From NCBI GenBank assembly GCA_032654565.1, contig JAULAX010000009.1:224001-288000 (forward strand): a stretch of DNA of 64,000 bases, given 5' to 3'. The stretch is from Anaeromyxobacteraceae bacterium (GTDB lineage Bacteria > Myxococcota > Myxococcia > Myxococcales > Anaeromyxobacteraceae). The stretch's first letter is position 1. Every line of letters starts with the position of its first letter. This document shows positions 17,592 through 27,138 of the stretch, in pieces. Made by a program: the position numbers and the translations under genes. The notes under the pieces were generated by a model that was given only the letters and a program-made list of their open reading frames with translations, searched no databases and had not been told where the DNA came from.

Positions 17592-18377
17592 ATGCTTCGC
17601 TCGCTCTTCACCGCCGCCACCGGGATGGACGCCCAGCAGCTCCGCATGGACGTCATCTCCAACAACCTGGCCAACGTCAGCACCACCGGCTTCAAGAAGG
17701 CGCGCGCCGAGTTCGAGGACCTGCTCTCCGAGACCATGCGGCAGGCCGGCCCCCCGGGCCCGAACGGTGGGGGGGCCCCCTCGCCGCTCCAGGTCGGGCT
17801 GGGCGTCCGGACCGGCTCGACCACCCGCTCCTTCGGCCAGGGGGACATGTCGGCGACCAACAACCCGCTCGACCTCGCCATCGAGGGGCCGGGCTTCTTC
17901 CAGGTGCAGCGGCCGGGCGGCGACTTCGCCTACACCCGCGCCGGCAACTTCCGCTCCGACGCCACCGGCCGGCTGGTCACCCAGCACGGGGAGCTGGTTG
18001 AGCCGGCCGTCACCTTCCCGCCCGAGACCACCGCCATCACCATCAAGCCCGACGGGACCGTCTGGGCCACCGTGGCCGGAAGGCCCGACGCCACCGAGGT
18101 CGGCGCCATCGAGCTCAACGTCTTCGCCAACCCCGGCGGGCTGGAGGCGCTCGGCAGCAACCTCTTCGCCGAGACCACCGCCTCGGGCGCCGCCCAGTCC
18201 GCCAAGCCGGGCCGCCAGGGGACCGGCACCCTGGCGCAGGGCTACCTGGAGGGCGCCAACGTGAAGGCGGTGGAGGAGATGATCGACATGATCGCCACCC
18301 AGCGCGCCTACGAGCTCAACTCCAAGGTGATCCAGACCGCCGACCAGATGCTGCAGCGCCTCACCAACATCCGCTGA
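17592..18377 (+). CDS. flgG: Flagellar distal rod protein FlgG
   Basis: MLRSLFTAATGM, SNNLANVSTTGFK and YLEGANVKAVEEMIDMIATQRAYELNSK. Confidence 0.97.
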   Translation: MLRSLFTAATGMDAQQLRMDVISNNLANVSTTGFKKARAEFEDLLSETMRQAGPPGPNGGGAPSPLQVGLGVRTGSTTRSFGQGDMSATNNPLDLAIEGPGFFQVQRPGGDFAYTRAGNFRSDATGRLVTQHGELVEPAVTFPPETTAITIKPDGTVWATVAGRPDATEVGAIELNVFANPGGLEALGSNLFAETTASGAAQSAKPGRQGTGTLAQGYLEGANVKAVEEMIDMIATQRAYELNSKVIQTADQMLQRLTNIR

Positions 18378-18382
18378 CCGCG

Positions 18383-19027
18383 ATGCGCGCCCTTCCAGCC
18401 ACCCTCGCCCTCCTCGTGCTGTCCGTCCCGGCCCCAGCCGTGGCCCTGCCACCGGGGCCGGTCGTCGAGGCCTTCGACCGGGCCGTGCCGGTCCCGGGCG
18501 CCCGGGTGGAGATCGCCGACTTCCGCCCCGAGCTGGTGGCGCGCTGCACCGTGACCCGCGCCGAGCTTCCGGCCCCGCTGGTGGGCTCGGGACGGATCGC
18601 CGTGCGGCTCACCGGGACGCTCCAGGACGGCGGTCCCTGCGACGGGTGGGGTTGGGCCGTGGTTCGCGTCCTCGCCCCGGTGCTGGTCGCCCAGCGCGCG
18701 GTGTCGGTCGGCTCCCCTCTCGTCGACGCCGTCACGCCTCGGGAGCGCGAGATCCTGCCGGGTCGCACGCCCCTCTCCCGCCTGCCCGCCGACGCCGTGG
18801 CCGGCCGCCCCCTCGCCGCCGGCCAGGTCCTGGACGAGCGCGACCTGCGCTCCGGCCCCGGTCTCGGCGACGCGGTCACCGTCCTGATCCGGCTCGGCGG
18901 CCTCCGCGTCGAGCAGGTCGGTCGAGCCGTTCCATGCTCACGTGGGCACGCCTGCGCCCAGATGCCGTCGGGCAAGCGCGTCGAGGGGGCCTGGAGTGGC
19001 GGCCGGATCCTGGTGGAGGCGCCATGA
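18383..19027 (+). CDS. flgA: P-ring assembly chaperone FlgA
   Basis: Signal peptide, SAF-like VLVAQRAV and GDAVTVLIRLGGLRV; lies between flgG and flgH. Confidence 0.7.
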   Translation: MRALPATLALLVLSVPAPAVALPPGPVVEAFDRAVPVPGARVEIADFRPELVARCTVTRAELPAPLVGSGRIAVRLTGTLQDGGPCDGWGWAVVRVLAPVLVAQRAVSVGSPLVDAVTPREREILPGRTPLSRLPADAVAGRPLAAGQVLDERDLRSGPGLGDAVTVLIRLGGLRVEQVGRAVPCSRGHACAQMPSGKRVEGAWSGGRILVEAP

Positions 19028-19701
19028 GCCCCACCCACCTGCGCCACCTCCTGGCCGCGGCCCTGCTCCCCGTCATGGCGGCCTGCAGCACGACCCACAT
19101 CGGCGCCTACCAGCAGAAGAAGCGCGAGTACCAGGCCCCGGCCGCACCGGAGGCCTCGGCCCCGGGCTCCCCGGGGAGCCTCTGGCCCGGCCGGGCGCCG
19201 ACGCTGCTCTTCGCCGACGCCCGCGCGCTCCGCGAGAACGACCTGGTGGTGATCAAGATCGAGGAGGTCGCCGACGCCACCCACGGCGCCAACACCGAGC
19301 TGAGCCGGAACAGCGCCCTGGCGGCGAACGCCGCCGCCTCGGTGAAGGGTGCCTCGAAGCTCGACTTCAAGCTGAGCGGCGGCATCGACACCGGCCTGCA
19401 GTCGAAGGGCTCCACCAGCAGGACCGAGCAGCTGGTGGCCACGGTCCCGGCCGTGGTCCGCCAGGTGCTCCCCAACGGCAACCTCTTCGTCGAGGGGCAC
19501 CGGGTGGTCCTGGTGAACGCCGAGGAACAGCACTTCTACATCTCCGGCGTGGTCCGGCCCATCGACATCGAGCCCGACAACAGCGTCCGCAGCTCCAAGG
19601 TCGCCGACGCCGAGATCGAGTTCACCGGCCGGGGCATCATCAACGACAACCAGAGGCAGGGCGTCCTCTCCAAGTACCTCGGCTGGGTCTGGCCGTTCTA
19701 G
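19024..19701 (+). CDS. flgH: Flagellar L-ring lipoprotein FlgH
   Basis: Lipobox MAAC, LFADARA, VLPNGNLFVEG, SGVVRPIDI and C-terminal WPF. Confidence 0.95.
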   Translation: MSPTHLRHLLAAALLPVMAACSTTHIGAYQQKKREYQAPAAPEASAPGSPGSLWPGRAPTLLFADARALRENDLVVIKIEEVADATHGANTELSRNSALAANAAASVKGASKLDFKLSGGIDTGLQSKGSTSRTEQLVATVPAVVRQVLPNGNLFVEGHRVVLVNAEEQHFYISGVVRPIDIEPDNSVRSSKVADAEIEFTGRGIINDNQRQGVLSKYLGWVWPF

Positions 19702-20832
19702 GTGATGTCCATGAACCGCTCCGCACACCATCGACCCGGCCTCGCCATCCGCGCCCTGCTGGTCGCGCTGGTCCTCGGCGCGGGCTCCCCGGCCCTGGGC
19801 GCCGTCCGGGTGAAGGAGCTCACCGACGTCGCCGGCACGCGGAAGAACGCGCTCTTCGGGTACGGCCTGGTGGTCGGCCTGGCCGGGTCGGGTGACTCGG
19901 AGCGCGTGCTCTTCACCCAGCAGTCGCTGGCCAACCTGCTGGGCCGGCTCGGGATCCGCCTCGATCCGGCCCAGGTGCGCGCCCGCAACGTGGCGGCGGT
20001 GATGGTGACCGGCAGCCTCCCGGCCTACACCCGCCCCGGCGAGACCATCGACGTGGCGGTCGCCTCGCTCGGCAGCGCCTCCTCGCTGGCCGGTGGGGTG
20101 CTGCTCATGACGCCCCTGGCGGCCGCCGACGGCCAGGTCTACGCGGTCGCCCAGGGTTCGGTGCAGGTGGGCGGGTTCATCGCCGGTGACTCCTACTCAT
20201 GGACACGGAAGAACACGCCCACCGCGGGCCGCATCCCGTCCGGCGCCACCGTGGAACGAGGCGTCTCGCCGGCCCTGTCGACGGAGCTGCTCGTCCTCAG
20301 CCTCCACCGGCCTGACTTCACGACGGCCAGCCGCATCACCGCGGCGGTGAACCTGGCGCTCGGGACCGGATCGGCCCGATCGCTCGACTCGGCCTCGGTC
20401 GAGATCAAGGTGCCGGAGGAGTTCAAGAAGGACCTGGTGGCGCTGGTCTCCAAGGTCGAGGCCCTCGAGGTGGAGGCCGACAGCCGCGCCATCGTGGTCG
20501 TGAGCGAGCGGACCGGCACGGTGGTGGCCGGCGAGCGGGTCCGGATCCGCCCGGCCATGGTGGCGCAGGGCGGGCTGCGGGTGTCGGTGGAGCGGGTCCC
20601 CACGGTGTCGCAGCCGGCGCCGTTCAGCTTCGGCTCGACCGTGACCACCGAGCAGACCCTGGTCACGGTGGAGGAGGAGAGCCGCCGCGCCATGGCCCTG
20701 CCGGCGACCGCCACCGTCGAGGACCTCACCAGGGCCCTCAACCTGCTCGGCGCCAAGCCTCGCGACCTGATCGCCGTGCTCGAGGCGCTCAAGAGCGCCG
20801 GCGCCCTCGACGCGGAACTGGACGTCCAGTGA
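19702..20832 (+). CDS. flgI: Flagellar P-ring protein FlgI
   Basis: LFGYGLVVGLAGSGD, RNVAAVMVT, ERTGTVV and LKSAGALDAEL. Confidence 0.96.
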   Translation: MMSMNRSAHHRPGLAIRALLVALVLGAGSPALGAVRVKELTDVAGTRKNALFGYGLVVGLAGSGDSERVLFTQQSLANLLGRLGIRLDPAQVRARNVAAVMVTGSLPAYTRPGETIDVAVASLGSASSLAGGVLLMTPLAAADGQVYAVAQGSVQVGGFIAGDSYSWTRKNTPTAGRIPSGATVERGVSPALSTELLVLSLHRPDFTTASRITAAVNLALGTGSARSLDSASVEIKVPEEFKKDLVALVSKVEALEVEADSRAIVVVSERTGTVVAGERVRIRPAMVAQGGLRVSVERVPTVSQPAPFSFGSTVTTEQTLVTVEEESRRAMALPATATVEDLTRALNLLGAKPRDLIAVLEALKSAGALDAELDVQ

Positions 20833-21635
20833 GGGCGGCGCCCCCCGTCGCCCCCGGTGGGCCGGCCGTGGATCGCCGCCTCGGCGAGACGGCGCGCGCC
20901 GTGGAGTCGATGCTGCTCAAGCAGATCGTGGTGGCGAGCGGCGCCTTCAAGGGCGGCGAGGGTGCCGGCTCGGCCTTCCGCTCCGACATCTTCGCCCAGA
21001 CCCTCTCCGACGCGCTCGCGCAGGGTGGCGGCATCGGCCTGGCGGCCATGCTGGAGCGCTCGCTGGGCGGGGGCGATCCAGGGGCCCGGCAAACCGGGTC
21101 CTCGGGGTCCCGGCCCGCGCCTGCGGCGACACCGGTCGTTGCAGGCCCGGTCACCCACGCCTCGAGACCCCGGACCGGCTCCCCCGTTCCGCTCTCGAGC
21201 CCGCTGCCCGGCGCAGCCACTTCGAGCCCCTTCGGGGCGCGCAAGGATCCCATCAGCGGGCTGCGGGCGCCCCATGAGGGGCTCGACCTGGTCGCTCCAG
21301 GTGAATCACCCGTCGTGGCTTCGGCGGCTGGCGTGGTGCTGTCGGCGGGTCCGAAAGGCGGCTATGGCCTGGCCGTGGAGATCGATCATGGTGCTGGAAT
21401 CACGACCCTTTATGGACACGCCTCGCAGCTCCTGGTCCAGCCCGGTCAGCGCGTGGAGCGCGGAGAGCAGGTGGCCTTGCTGGGGGATACCGGCCGGTCG
21501 ACCGGGCCCCACCTCCACTTCGAGGTCCGGTCCCACGGGCGTGCCGTGGACCCACGACGGGCCCTTAATGCCTATCGAAGCGGTGCCGATAACCCGCATG
21601 GAAGCGAAGCTCTTGCTTTCACGAGGTTGCCATGA
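20829..21635 (+). CDS. flgJ: FlgJ rod-binding domain fused to an M23 peptidase
   Basis: N-terminal VESMLLKQIV...GGIGLAAMLERSL (rod-binding); C-terminal HEGLD and TGPHLHFEVR (M23 HxxxD/HxH). Confidence 0.8.
   Translation: MRAAPPVAPGGPAVDRRLGETARAVESMLLKQIVVASGAFKGGEGAGSAFRSDIFAQTLSDALAQGGGIGLAAMLERSLGGGDPGARQTGSSGSRPAPAATPVVAGPVTHASRPRTGSPVPLSSPLPGAATSSPFGARKDPISGLRAPHEGLDLVAPGESPVVASAAGVVLSAGPKGGYGLAVEIDHGAGITTLYGHASQLLVQPGQRVERGEQVALLGDTGRSTGPHLHFEVRSHGRAVDPRRALNAYRSGADNPHGSEALAFTRLP
21566..21592 (+). promoter_or_regulatory. sigma28 promoter for flgM, nested in the 3' end of flgJ
   Basis: TAAT-N15-GCCGATAA versus consensus TAAA-N15-GCCGATAA. Confidence 0.8.
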
Positions 21636-21940
21636 AGATCACCAGCCCGAACGAAGTCAGGCCGGTCACGTCCAGGAAGACAGAGGAACCCGCAGGCTCA
21701 CCCGCCTCGGGTCGCACCCAGGCGCCGCCGGATACGGTGAGCACCGCCGAGAGCACCCGGCTGGCCCAGGCGATCGCCACCATCCGGAGCCAGGCGGGCG
21801 CCTCGCATGCCGCCCGGCTGCAGTCCATCGAGGCGGCCGTCCGGCAGGGGACCTTCCGGCCGGATCCGAACCGGATCGCCCAGCAGATCCTTCAGGACGC
21901 GGAGATCACCGCGGCCATGCAGGCGATGCTGAAGAAGTAG
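21632..21940 (+). CDS. flgM: Anti-sigma28 factor FlgM
   Basis: DTVSTAES and ARLQSIEAAVRQGTFRPDPNRIAQQIL. Confidence 0.85.
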   Translation: MKITSPNEVRPVTSRKTEEPAGSPASGRTQAPPDTVSTAESTRLAQAIATIRSQAGASHAARLQSIEAAVRQGTFRPDPNRIAQQILQDAEITAAMQAMLKK

Positions 21941-21958
21941 CTGCGACCGGGAGACGAC

Positions 21959-22432
21959 ATGGTCCTCGCTGAAGCGGTGCACTCAGCGGAGCGGCTGCGC
22001 GTGGCGCTGGCCGAGGAGGTCGACGCCGCCCGCGGGGAGCGTCAACTGCTCCGCTCCATGGACAGCGCGGCCCTGCTGCGCCGCGCCGCCGCGCGCGCCG
22101 AGTTCCAGGCCAGGGTGGCCCGGCTGGAGGAGTCGCTCCACGACGCGCTGGCCGCGGCGGCCGAGCGGCTCGACCTCCGCGTCGTCACCATCGCCTCCCT
22201 CGCCGCGCGGGAGCCGGGCGCCGCCTCGACGCTGTCCGTGATCTTCGGTGAGGTCAGGGCCCTGGCCGCGGCCCTGGCCGAGCTCGACCGCCTCAACCAG
22301 TTCCTCGCCACGCGCGCCCTGCGCCTGGTCCGCTCCTACGTCGAGGCCCTCTCGCCGGAGCCACGCGCCTATGACCGGCGGGGTCTCCGGTCGGTGGCGA
22401 CCACCGCCTCCGCCGTCTCGAGCCGGGTCTAG
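21959..22432 (+). CDS. flgN: Flagellar chaperone FlgN
   Basis: Helical; LNQFLA...YDRRG C-terminal motif; lies between flgM and flgK. Confidence 0.75.
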   Translation: MVLAEAVHSAERLRVALAEEVDAARGERQLLRSMDSAALLRRAAARAEFQARVARLEESLHDALAAAAERLDLRVVTIASLAAREPGAASTLSVIFGEVRALAAALAELDRLNQFLATRALRLVRSYVEALSPEPRAYDRRGLRSVATTASAVSSRV

Positions 22433-22434
22433 CC

Positions 22435-23850
22435 ATGGGCATCGACCTCCTCTCCATCCTCTCCTCGGCCGGCGCCAGCCTGGCCTCCCACCGCGCCGCC
22501 GCCGCCGTGGCCAGCCACAACATCGAGAACGCCAGCACGCCGGGGTACGCCCGCCAGCAGGCCAACCTCGAGGCCCTGGTGCCGGTCGACCAGGGTGTCG
22601 GGGGCTTCATCGGCGCCGGCGTCCGGCTCTCCAGCGTGACCCAGACCAGGGACCGCTTCCTGGAGGCGCAGATCCCGGCGGCGCTGGGAGGTGCCTCGTT
22701 CTCCTCGGCCGAGGCCCAGTCGCTCGAGGCCGTCAGCGCGCTCGACCCGCAGGCCGCCGGCAGCCTCGGCGACGCCCTCGCCGCCTTCTACTCCTCGCTC
22801 CGGGCGTTGAACCAGAACGCCGGGAGCCCCCAGCTCCGCCAGACCGTGGTCTCCACGGCCCGGTCCCTCTCCCTGGCCTTCCAGCGGACCGGCAGCGCGC
22901 TCGCCGACGCCCAGCGCGGCCTCGACGCCCAGGTCCAGGGCAAGATCGGCGAGGTCAACCAGCTGGCCTCCGAGGTGGCCCGGCTCAACGGCGCCATCAG
23001 CACCGCCCGGGCCAGCGGCTCCGAGCCGAACGACCTGCTCGACGCGCGACAGAAGGCGCTCGACCAGCTCGCCCAGATCGCCGGCGCGGTCCAGGTCCAG
23101 GATGGCAGCGGCAACGTCAACGTCAGCATCGGCGGCAGGTTCTCGATCGTCGACGGCAACCTGGCCGGCAGCCTGCAGACCTTCCCGGATCCGGCCAACG
23201 GCGCCCACCTCGGCGTGCGCGGGTCCCCGCCGGGCTCGACCACCGCGATGGACCTTCCCGCCGGTGCCCTGGGGGGAGAGCTGGGCGGGTACCTGGCCGC
23301 CAGGGACGGAGCCATCGGCACCTCGGTCCAGCGGCTCGACCAGCTGGCCTTCGATCTCGCCGGCGCGATCAACACCGCGCACCAGGCCGGCTACGGGCTC
23401 GACGGCGTCACCGGGCGCCCCCTCTTCGAGGTCGGCGCGACCGCCAGCGGCGCGGCCTCGGCGCTGGCCGTGTCGGCCGCCATCGCCGCCGACCCCCGCC
23501 GGCTGGCTGCAGCCTCCTCGGCCGCCGGGCTGCCCGGCGACGCCACGGCGCTGCAGGCGCTCCTGGCCACGGAGCGGAGCCCGATGGGATCCAGCGGCCT
23601 CGACCCGACCGAGACCCTCGGAGACATCACCTCCCAGTTCGGCGGCATGACCGCCAGCGCCCGGGCCGCGGCGGACCAGGACGGGGCGTTCTCGGACCAG
23701 CTCCAGACCATGCGACAGGCCACCTCGGGTGTCTCCATCGACGAGGAGCTGCTCTCGCTGCAGAAGGCGCAGCGTGCCTACGAGGCGGTGGCCAAGGTCA
23801 TCCAGACCTCCTCCGAGATGCTGTCCACCTTGATGAACCTGAGGCCGTGA
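22435..23850 (+). CDS. flgK: Hook-associated protein FlgK
   Basis: SHNIENASTPGYARQ, NDLLDAR and SGVSIDEELLSLQKAQRAYEA. Confidence 0.95.
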   Translation: MGIDLLSILSSAGASLASHRAAAAVASHNIENASTPGYARQQANLEALVPVDQGVGGFIGAGVRLSSVTQTRDRFLEAQIPAALGGASFSSAEAQSLEAVSALDPQAAGSLGDALAAFYSSLRALNQNAGSPQLRQTVVSTARSLSLAFQRTGSALADAQRGLDAQVQGKIGEVNQLASEVARLNGAISTARASGSEPNDLLDARQKALDQLAQIAGAVQVQDGSGNVNVSIGGRFSIVDGNLAGSLQTFPDPANGAHLGVRGSPPGSTTAMDLPAGALGGELGGYLAARDGAIGTSVQRLDQLAFDLAGAINTAHQAGYGLDGVTGRPLFEVGATASGAASALAVSAAIAADPRRLAAASSAAGLPGDATALQALLATERSPMGSSGLDPTETLGDITSQFGGMTASARAAADQDGAFSDQLQTMRQATSGVSIDEELLSLQKAQRAYEAVAKVIQTSSEMLSTLMNLRP

Positions 23851-23872
23851 TCGACCTCGGCCGAGGAGCGCC

Positions 23873-24775
23873 ATGCGTGTCACCGACCAGATGCTCTTCG
23901 CCCTCGCCACCCGCTCCACCGGCCTGGCCCGCTCCCGCGTCGAGAAGAGCATCGAGGAGACCTCGAGCGGCCTGCGCGTCTCGCACCCCGGCGACGACCC
24001 GGCCGTGGCCGGGCTGCTGGTCCAGAGCCGCGCCCTCCAGGAGCGCTTCACCGCCATCGCCAAGGCCGCCGACACCGCCTCGAGCGAGCTGACCGTGGCC
24101 GACTCCGCGGCCGCCTCGGCCGGCAACTCGCTGCTGCGGGCCCGGGAGCTGGCGATGCAGCTCGTCAACCCGACCTACACGGCGGCGCAGCGGGTCACCG
24201 GGGCCGCCGAGGTCGACCAGATCCTCCTGGCCGTGCTGTCGCAGCTGAACACCCAGCTCGGGGACCGGTACGTCTTCGGCGGCAACCGCGACGCCACCGC
24301 CCCGTTCAACGCAGCCGGGGCCTACCTGGGCGACACCGCGGTCAGGAAGGTCGAGATCGCGCCCGGCGTCTTCGCCCCGGCCTCGGTCCGGGCCGACGCG
24401 GCCCTGAAGGGGGTCGACCCCACCACCGGCGCGGTCACCGGCGCCGACGTGCTGGCCAGCCTCCAGGCCCTCGCCACGGCCCTTCGGGCCAACGACATGA
24501 CCGGGATCCGCGCCACCCTCGACCCGCTCGCCGACGGCCTGGCCCAGCTCGCCTCGCTGCGAGGCCAGATCGGCGACGCCCAGAACTCGATGAACATGGC
24601 CGTGGCCACCAACCAGGCGGCGCTCAACGACGAGCGCCAGCGAAACTCGAAGCTCGGGGACGTCGACATCATCGAGACCACCACCGCCCTGGCGCAGGCC
24701 CAGCAGGCCCTGCAGGCCTCCTTGTCGGCCTCGGCGCAGGGCATCCGGTTCACGCTGCTCGACTACCTGAGGTAG
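23873..24775 (+). CDS. flgL: Hook-associated protein FlgL
   Basis: MRVTDQM, SSGLRVSHPGDDP, YVFGG and C-terminal TLLDYLR. Confidence 0.92.
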   Translation: MRVTDQMLFALATRSTGLARSRVEKSIEETSSGLRVSHPGDDPAVAGLLVQSRALQERFTAIAKAADTASSELTVADSAAASAGNSLLRARELAMQLVNPTYTAAQRVTGAAEVDQILLAVLSQLNTQLGDRYVFGGNRDATAPFNAAGAYLGDTAVRKVEIAPGVFAPASVRADAALKGVDPTTGAVTGADVLASLQALATALRANDMTGIRATLDPLADGLAQLASLRGQIGDAQNSMNMAVATNQAALNDERQRNSKLGDVDIIETTTALAQAQQALQASLSASAQGIRFTLLDYLR

Positions 24776-24777
24776 CC

Positions 24778-27099
24778 ATGGCCTCGGGCGTGGCCAGCGT
24801 GCGAGCCTCTCCGCCAGCCGCCGACCTGGCCCGCTCCCTCCAGGCGCTGCTGCGCTGGAGGGCCCACGGGCTCGCCGCCCATGTCGGGCTGCCGGCGGCC
24901 CAGGCGGCCCGGCTCTTCCCCGTGCTGCTGCACACCAGCTACCTGAAGACCCCGCTCGACCTGGAGCCCCCCGGCGTCCGGGGGCTGCGCTTCCGGCAGG
25001 GGTGGGCCGGCTGGGCCAGGAGCTTCGGGTTGCCGCCCCCCTCGAAGATCCAGCGTGACACCTGCCTGGCCGAGGCGGTCTTCGCCCACCTGGGCGCCGC
25101 GGGGCTCGAGCTGACGGTGCTGGTCTCGCCAGGCCTCGGCGCCAGGGACCGCGCCCGGCTCGAGGCCAGGTGCGAGCAAGCCCGCCTGCTCCTCGGCAAG
25201 GCCGGCGTCGCCCTGTCGGCCCGGCTCCTCGGCGCCGAGGAGCTCCAGACCCCCGCCTTCGCCGCGCGCACCTTCCTCTTCGGCGCGCTGCTCGCCGGCA
25301 CGCCCGGCCCGGAGACCTGGAGCGGCCTGATGCGTGCCCTGGATGCGAACCTCTCCCAGGGCGACCTGTCCGACCTCTTCGCGGGATCGCCGACGTCGCT
25401 CTCCTCGCTGGCCATCGGCCTGCTCGCCGGCGGCGCCGTCTCCAGCGCCGTCACCGCCATGACCTGGGCGGCCGGAGGTGGCGTCAGCGCGCACGCCCTG
25501 GCTGCACCCGACGCCTGCCCGGTGGCCTGGGGCGGCCTGGCCTCCGGCCTGGGCCAGGAGCTCGAGACGGTCCGCGGGCTGGTCCACCCGGCGCTGGCGT
25601 CCCCGGCGCGGCACCTGCTGCGCGGCCCCCGGCCGTCGAAGGCCCGGCTCGAGCTCCCGGAGCTCCTCCGCATCGGTGGCGTCCTGACGCTCGCCTACCT
25701 GCGCGCCGTCCGCCGCTCGCCGGTCCTCCGGGCCACGCCGAGGTGGCGGGAGGTCATCGCCTCCGGGATCCCCGCGTCGCTCCTGCACGCGGTGGGCGAG
25801 GGGCTGGGCGGCGGCACCCCCGGGTCGCTCGAGCCCGGCCTGCAGCCGCCCCACGGGCCACGGGGCTTCGAGGTCGCCATCGGGAGCGGCGTGCTCTCGC
25901 GGGGGGCGACCCAGATCCAGGCCCGGGTCCGCGCGCTGGCGCTGGTCGCCGTGGCGGGCGGCGAGCGGAAGCTCACCGGCGTCGACCCGCACTGGAAGGC
26001 GCTGGCGACCAGGCTGGGCCGGGTGCGCTCGAAGCCGGCGCTCATCCTGGTGGTCGGCGAGGCCACCGGGAACGAGCCGCCGCTCGACCCGCTCAACCGG
26101 GGCCCCGACCGCCGCATCGGCTTCACCTCGGCGATGCTGATCCGGCTCGGCCCCGGGCGCCGCCCGGCCGCACACCTGCTCGATCCGTCCGCGGCCATCG
26201 AGGTCTTCCTCCGTGCCCTCCTCGACGGTGACGACGTGGAGGTCCTCCCTTCCGGCCAGGGGGCCACCCCGGTCGCCGTCCGCCTCGGCGCGGTCTCCCG
26301 GCTGCTCGGCGCCACCGGGAGTGAACGGAAGGCCGCGCCCTCGGCCGGTCCGGCCATGCCGGTGGCGATCCAGGTCGGCGGCGACGTCCTCCTCCTGCGC
26401 GGCAAGGAGATGCGGAGGTTCCCGCTGGCCCGGTTCCTGACCCGGCCACGCCTCTTCCTCGCCGATCCCGAGGCGCCCGACCTGTCCCCCACCCCGGGCG
26501 ATCCGGGCGGGGCGAGCAGCCGCCTCTCGGGGCTCATCCAGGTGCGCATCTCGCTCGCCGATGAGGGCCACGCCTGGGTGCTCTACTCGGACCGGTCGGG
26601 GCGCTTCCGCCAGCGGGTGGCGCTCCCGGAGGTCGAGGAGCAGCTCCGGGACGCTCGCGCCGCGCTGCTCGGCGCCGGACTGGGTTCGGCCCTGGCCATC
26701 CGGAGCGACGCCGACGTCGACCCGGCGCTTCGCCGGGTCGGCATCGCCGCGCCCACCCGCCGGCTGGAGATCCTGGTCCGCGGCGCGCTGCCGGGAGGCC
26801 TGCAGGTCCGCCTGGCCGGGTCGGGCCAGCCCGCCGCCGGCCCGAACGATCCCGGCTGGTACGGGGGGCATGCTCCTTCCGGCTGGGAGTCGGCCGCGTT
26901 GGCGGCCATGGCCTGCTGGATGCCGGGCGAGGAGGGCCGGATCTCCTGCCAGCAGGTCGCCGTCGCCGCCCCGTCCGGGTGCTCGGCCGAGCTCGCCACC
27001 CTCTACGCACGCTCGGTGGCGACGCGGCGGCTCGACGCGCACCTGCGCCGGCTCCTCGGCCCTTATCGGAAGGAGAAGGAGAGCCGAAGAGTGGGGTGA
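24778..27099 (+). CDS. 773-aa protein resembling a catalytically degenerate class I adenylate cyclase
   Basis: Starts 2 bp after the flgL stop. Collinear blocks [15 protein letters not shown]...[24 protein letters not shown] and SGLIQV resemble enterobacterial CyaA as recalled from memory, but the GS..S/DxD motif is absent. The CDS is confident; the family call is moderate. Confidence 0.6.
   Translation: [773 protein letters not shown]
27064..27090 (+). promoter_or_regulatory. Candidate sigma28 promoter for fliC, nested in the upstream ORF tail
   Basis: TATC-N15-GCCGAAGA; a hairpin GGCGGAC-GAAG-GTTCGCC (27100-27117) follows at the predicted transcript 5' end. Confidence 0.5.
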
Positions 27100-27138
27100 G
27101 GCGGACGAAGGTTCGCCCTAACCAGATAGGAGAAGACC

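Noticed and set aside
27068..27135. GGA motifs before fliC as CsrA sites
   Set aside because: Most lie upstream of the predicted TSS or within the SD, and no csrA or fliW is in the window.
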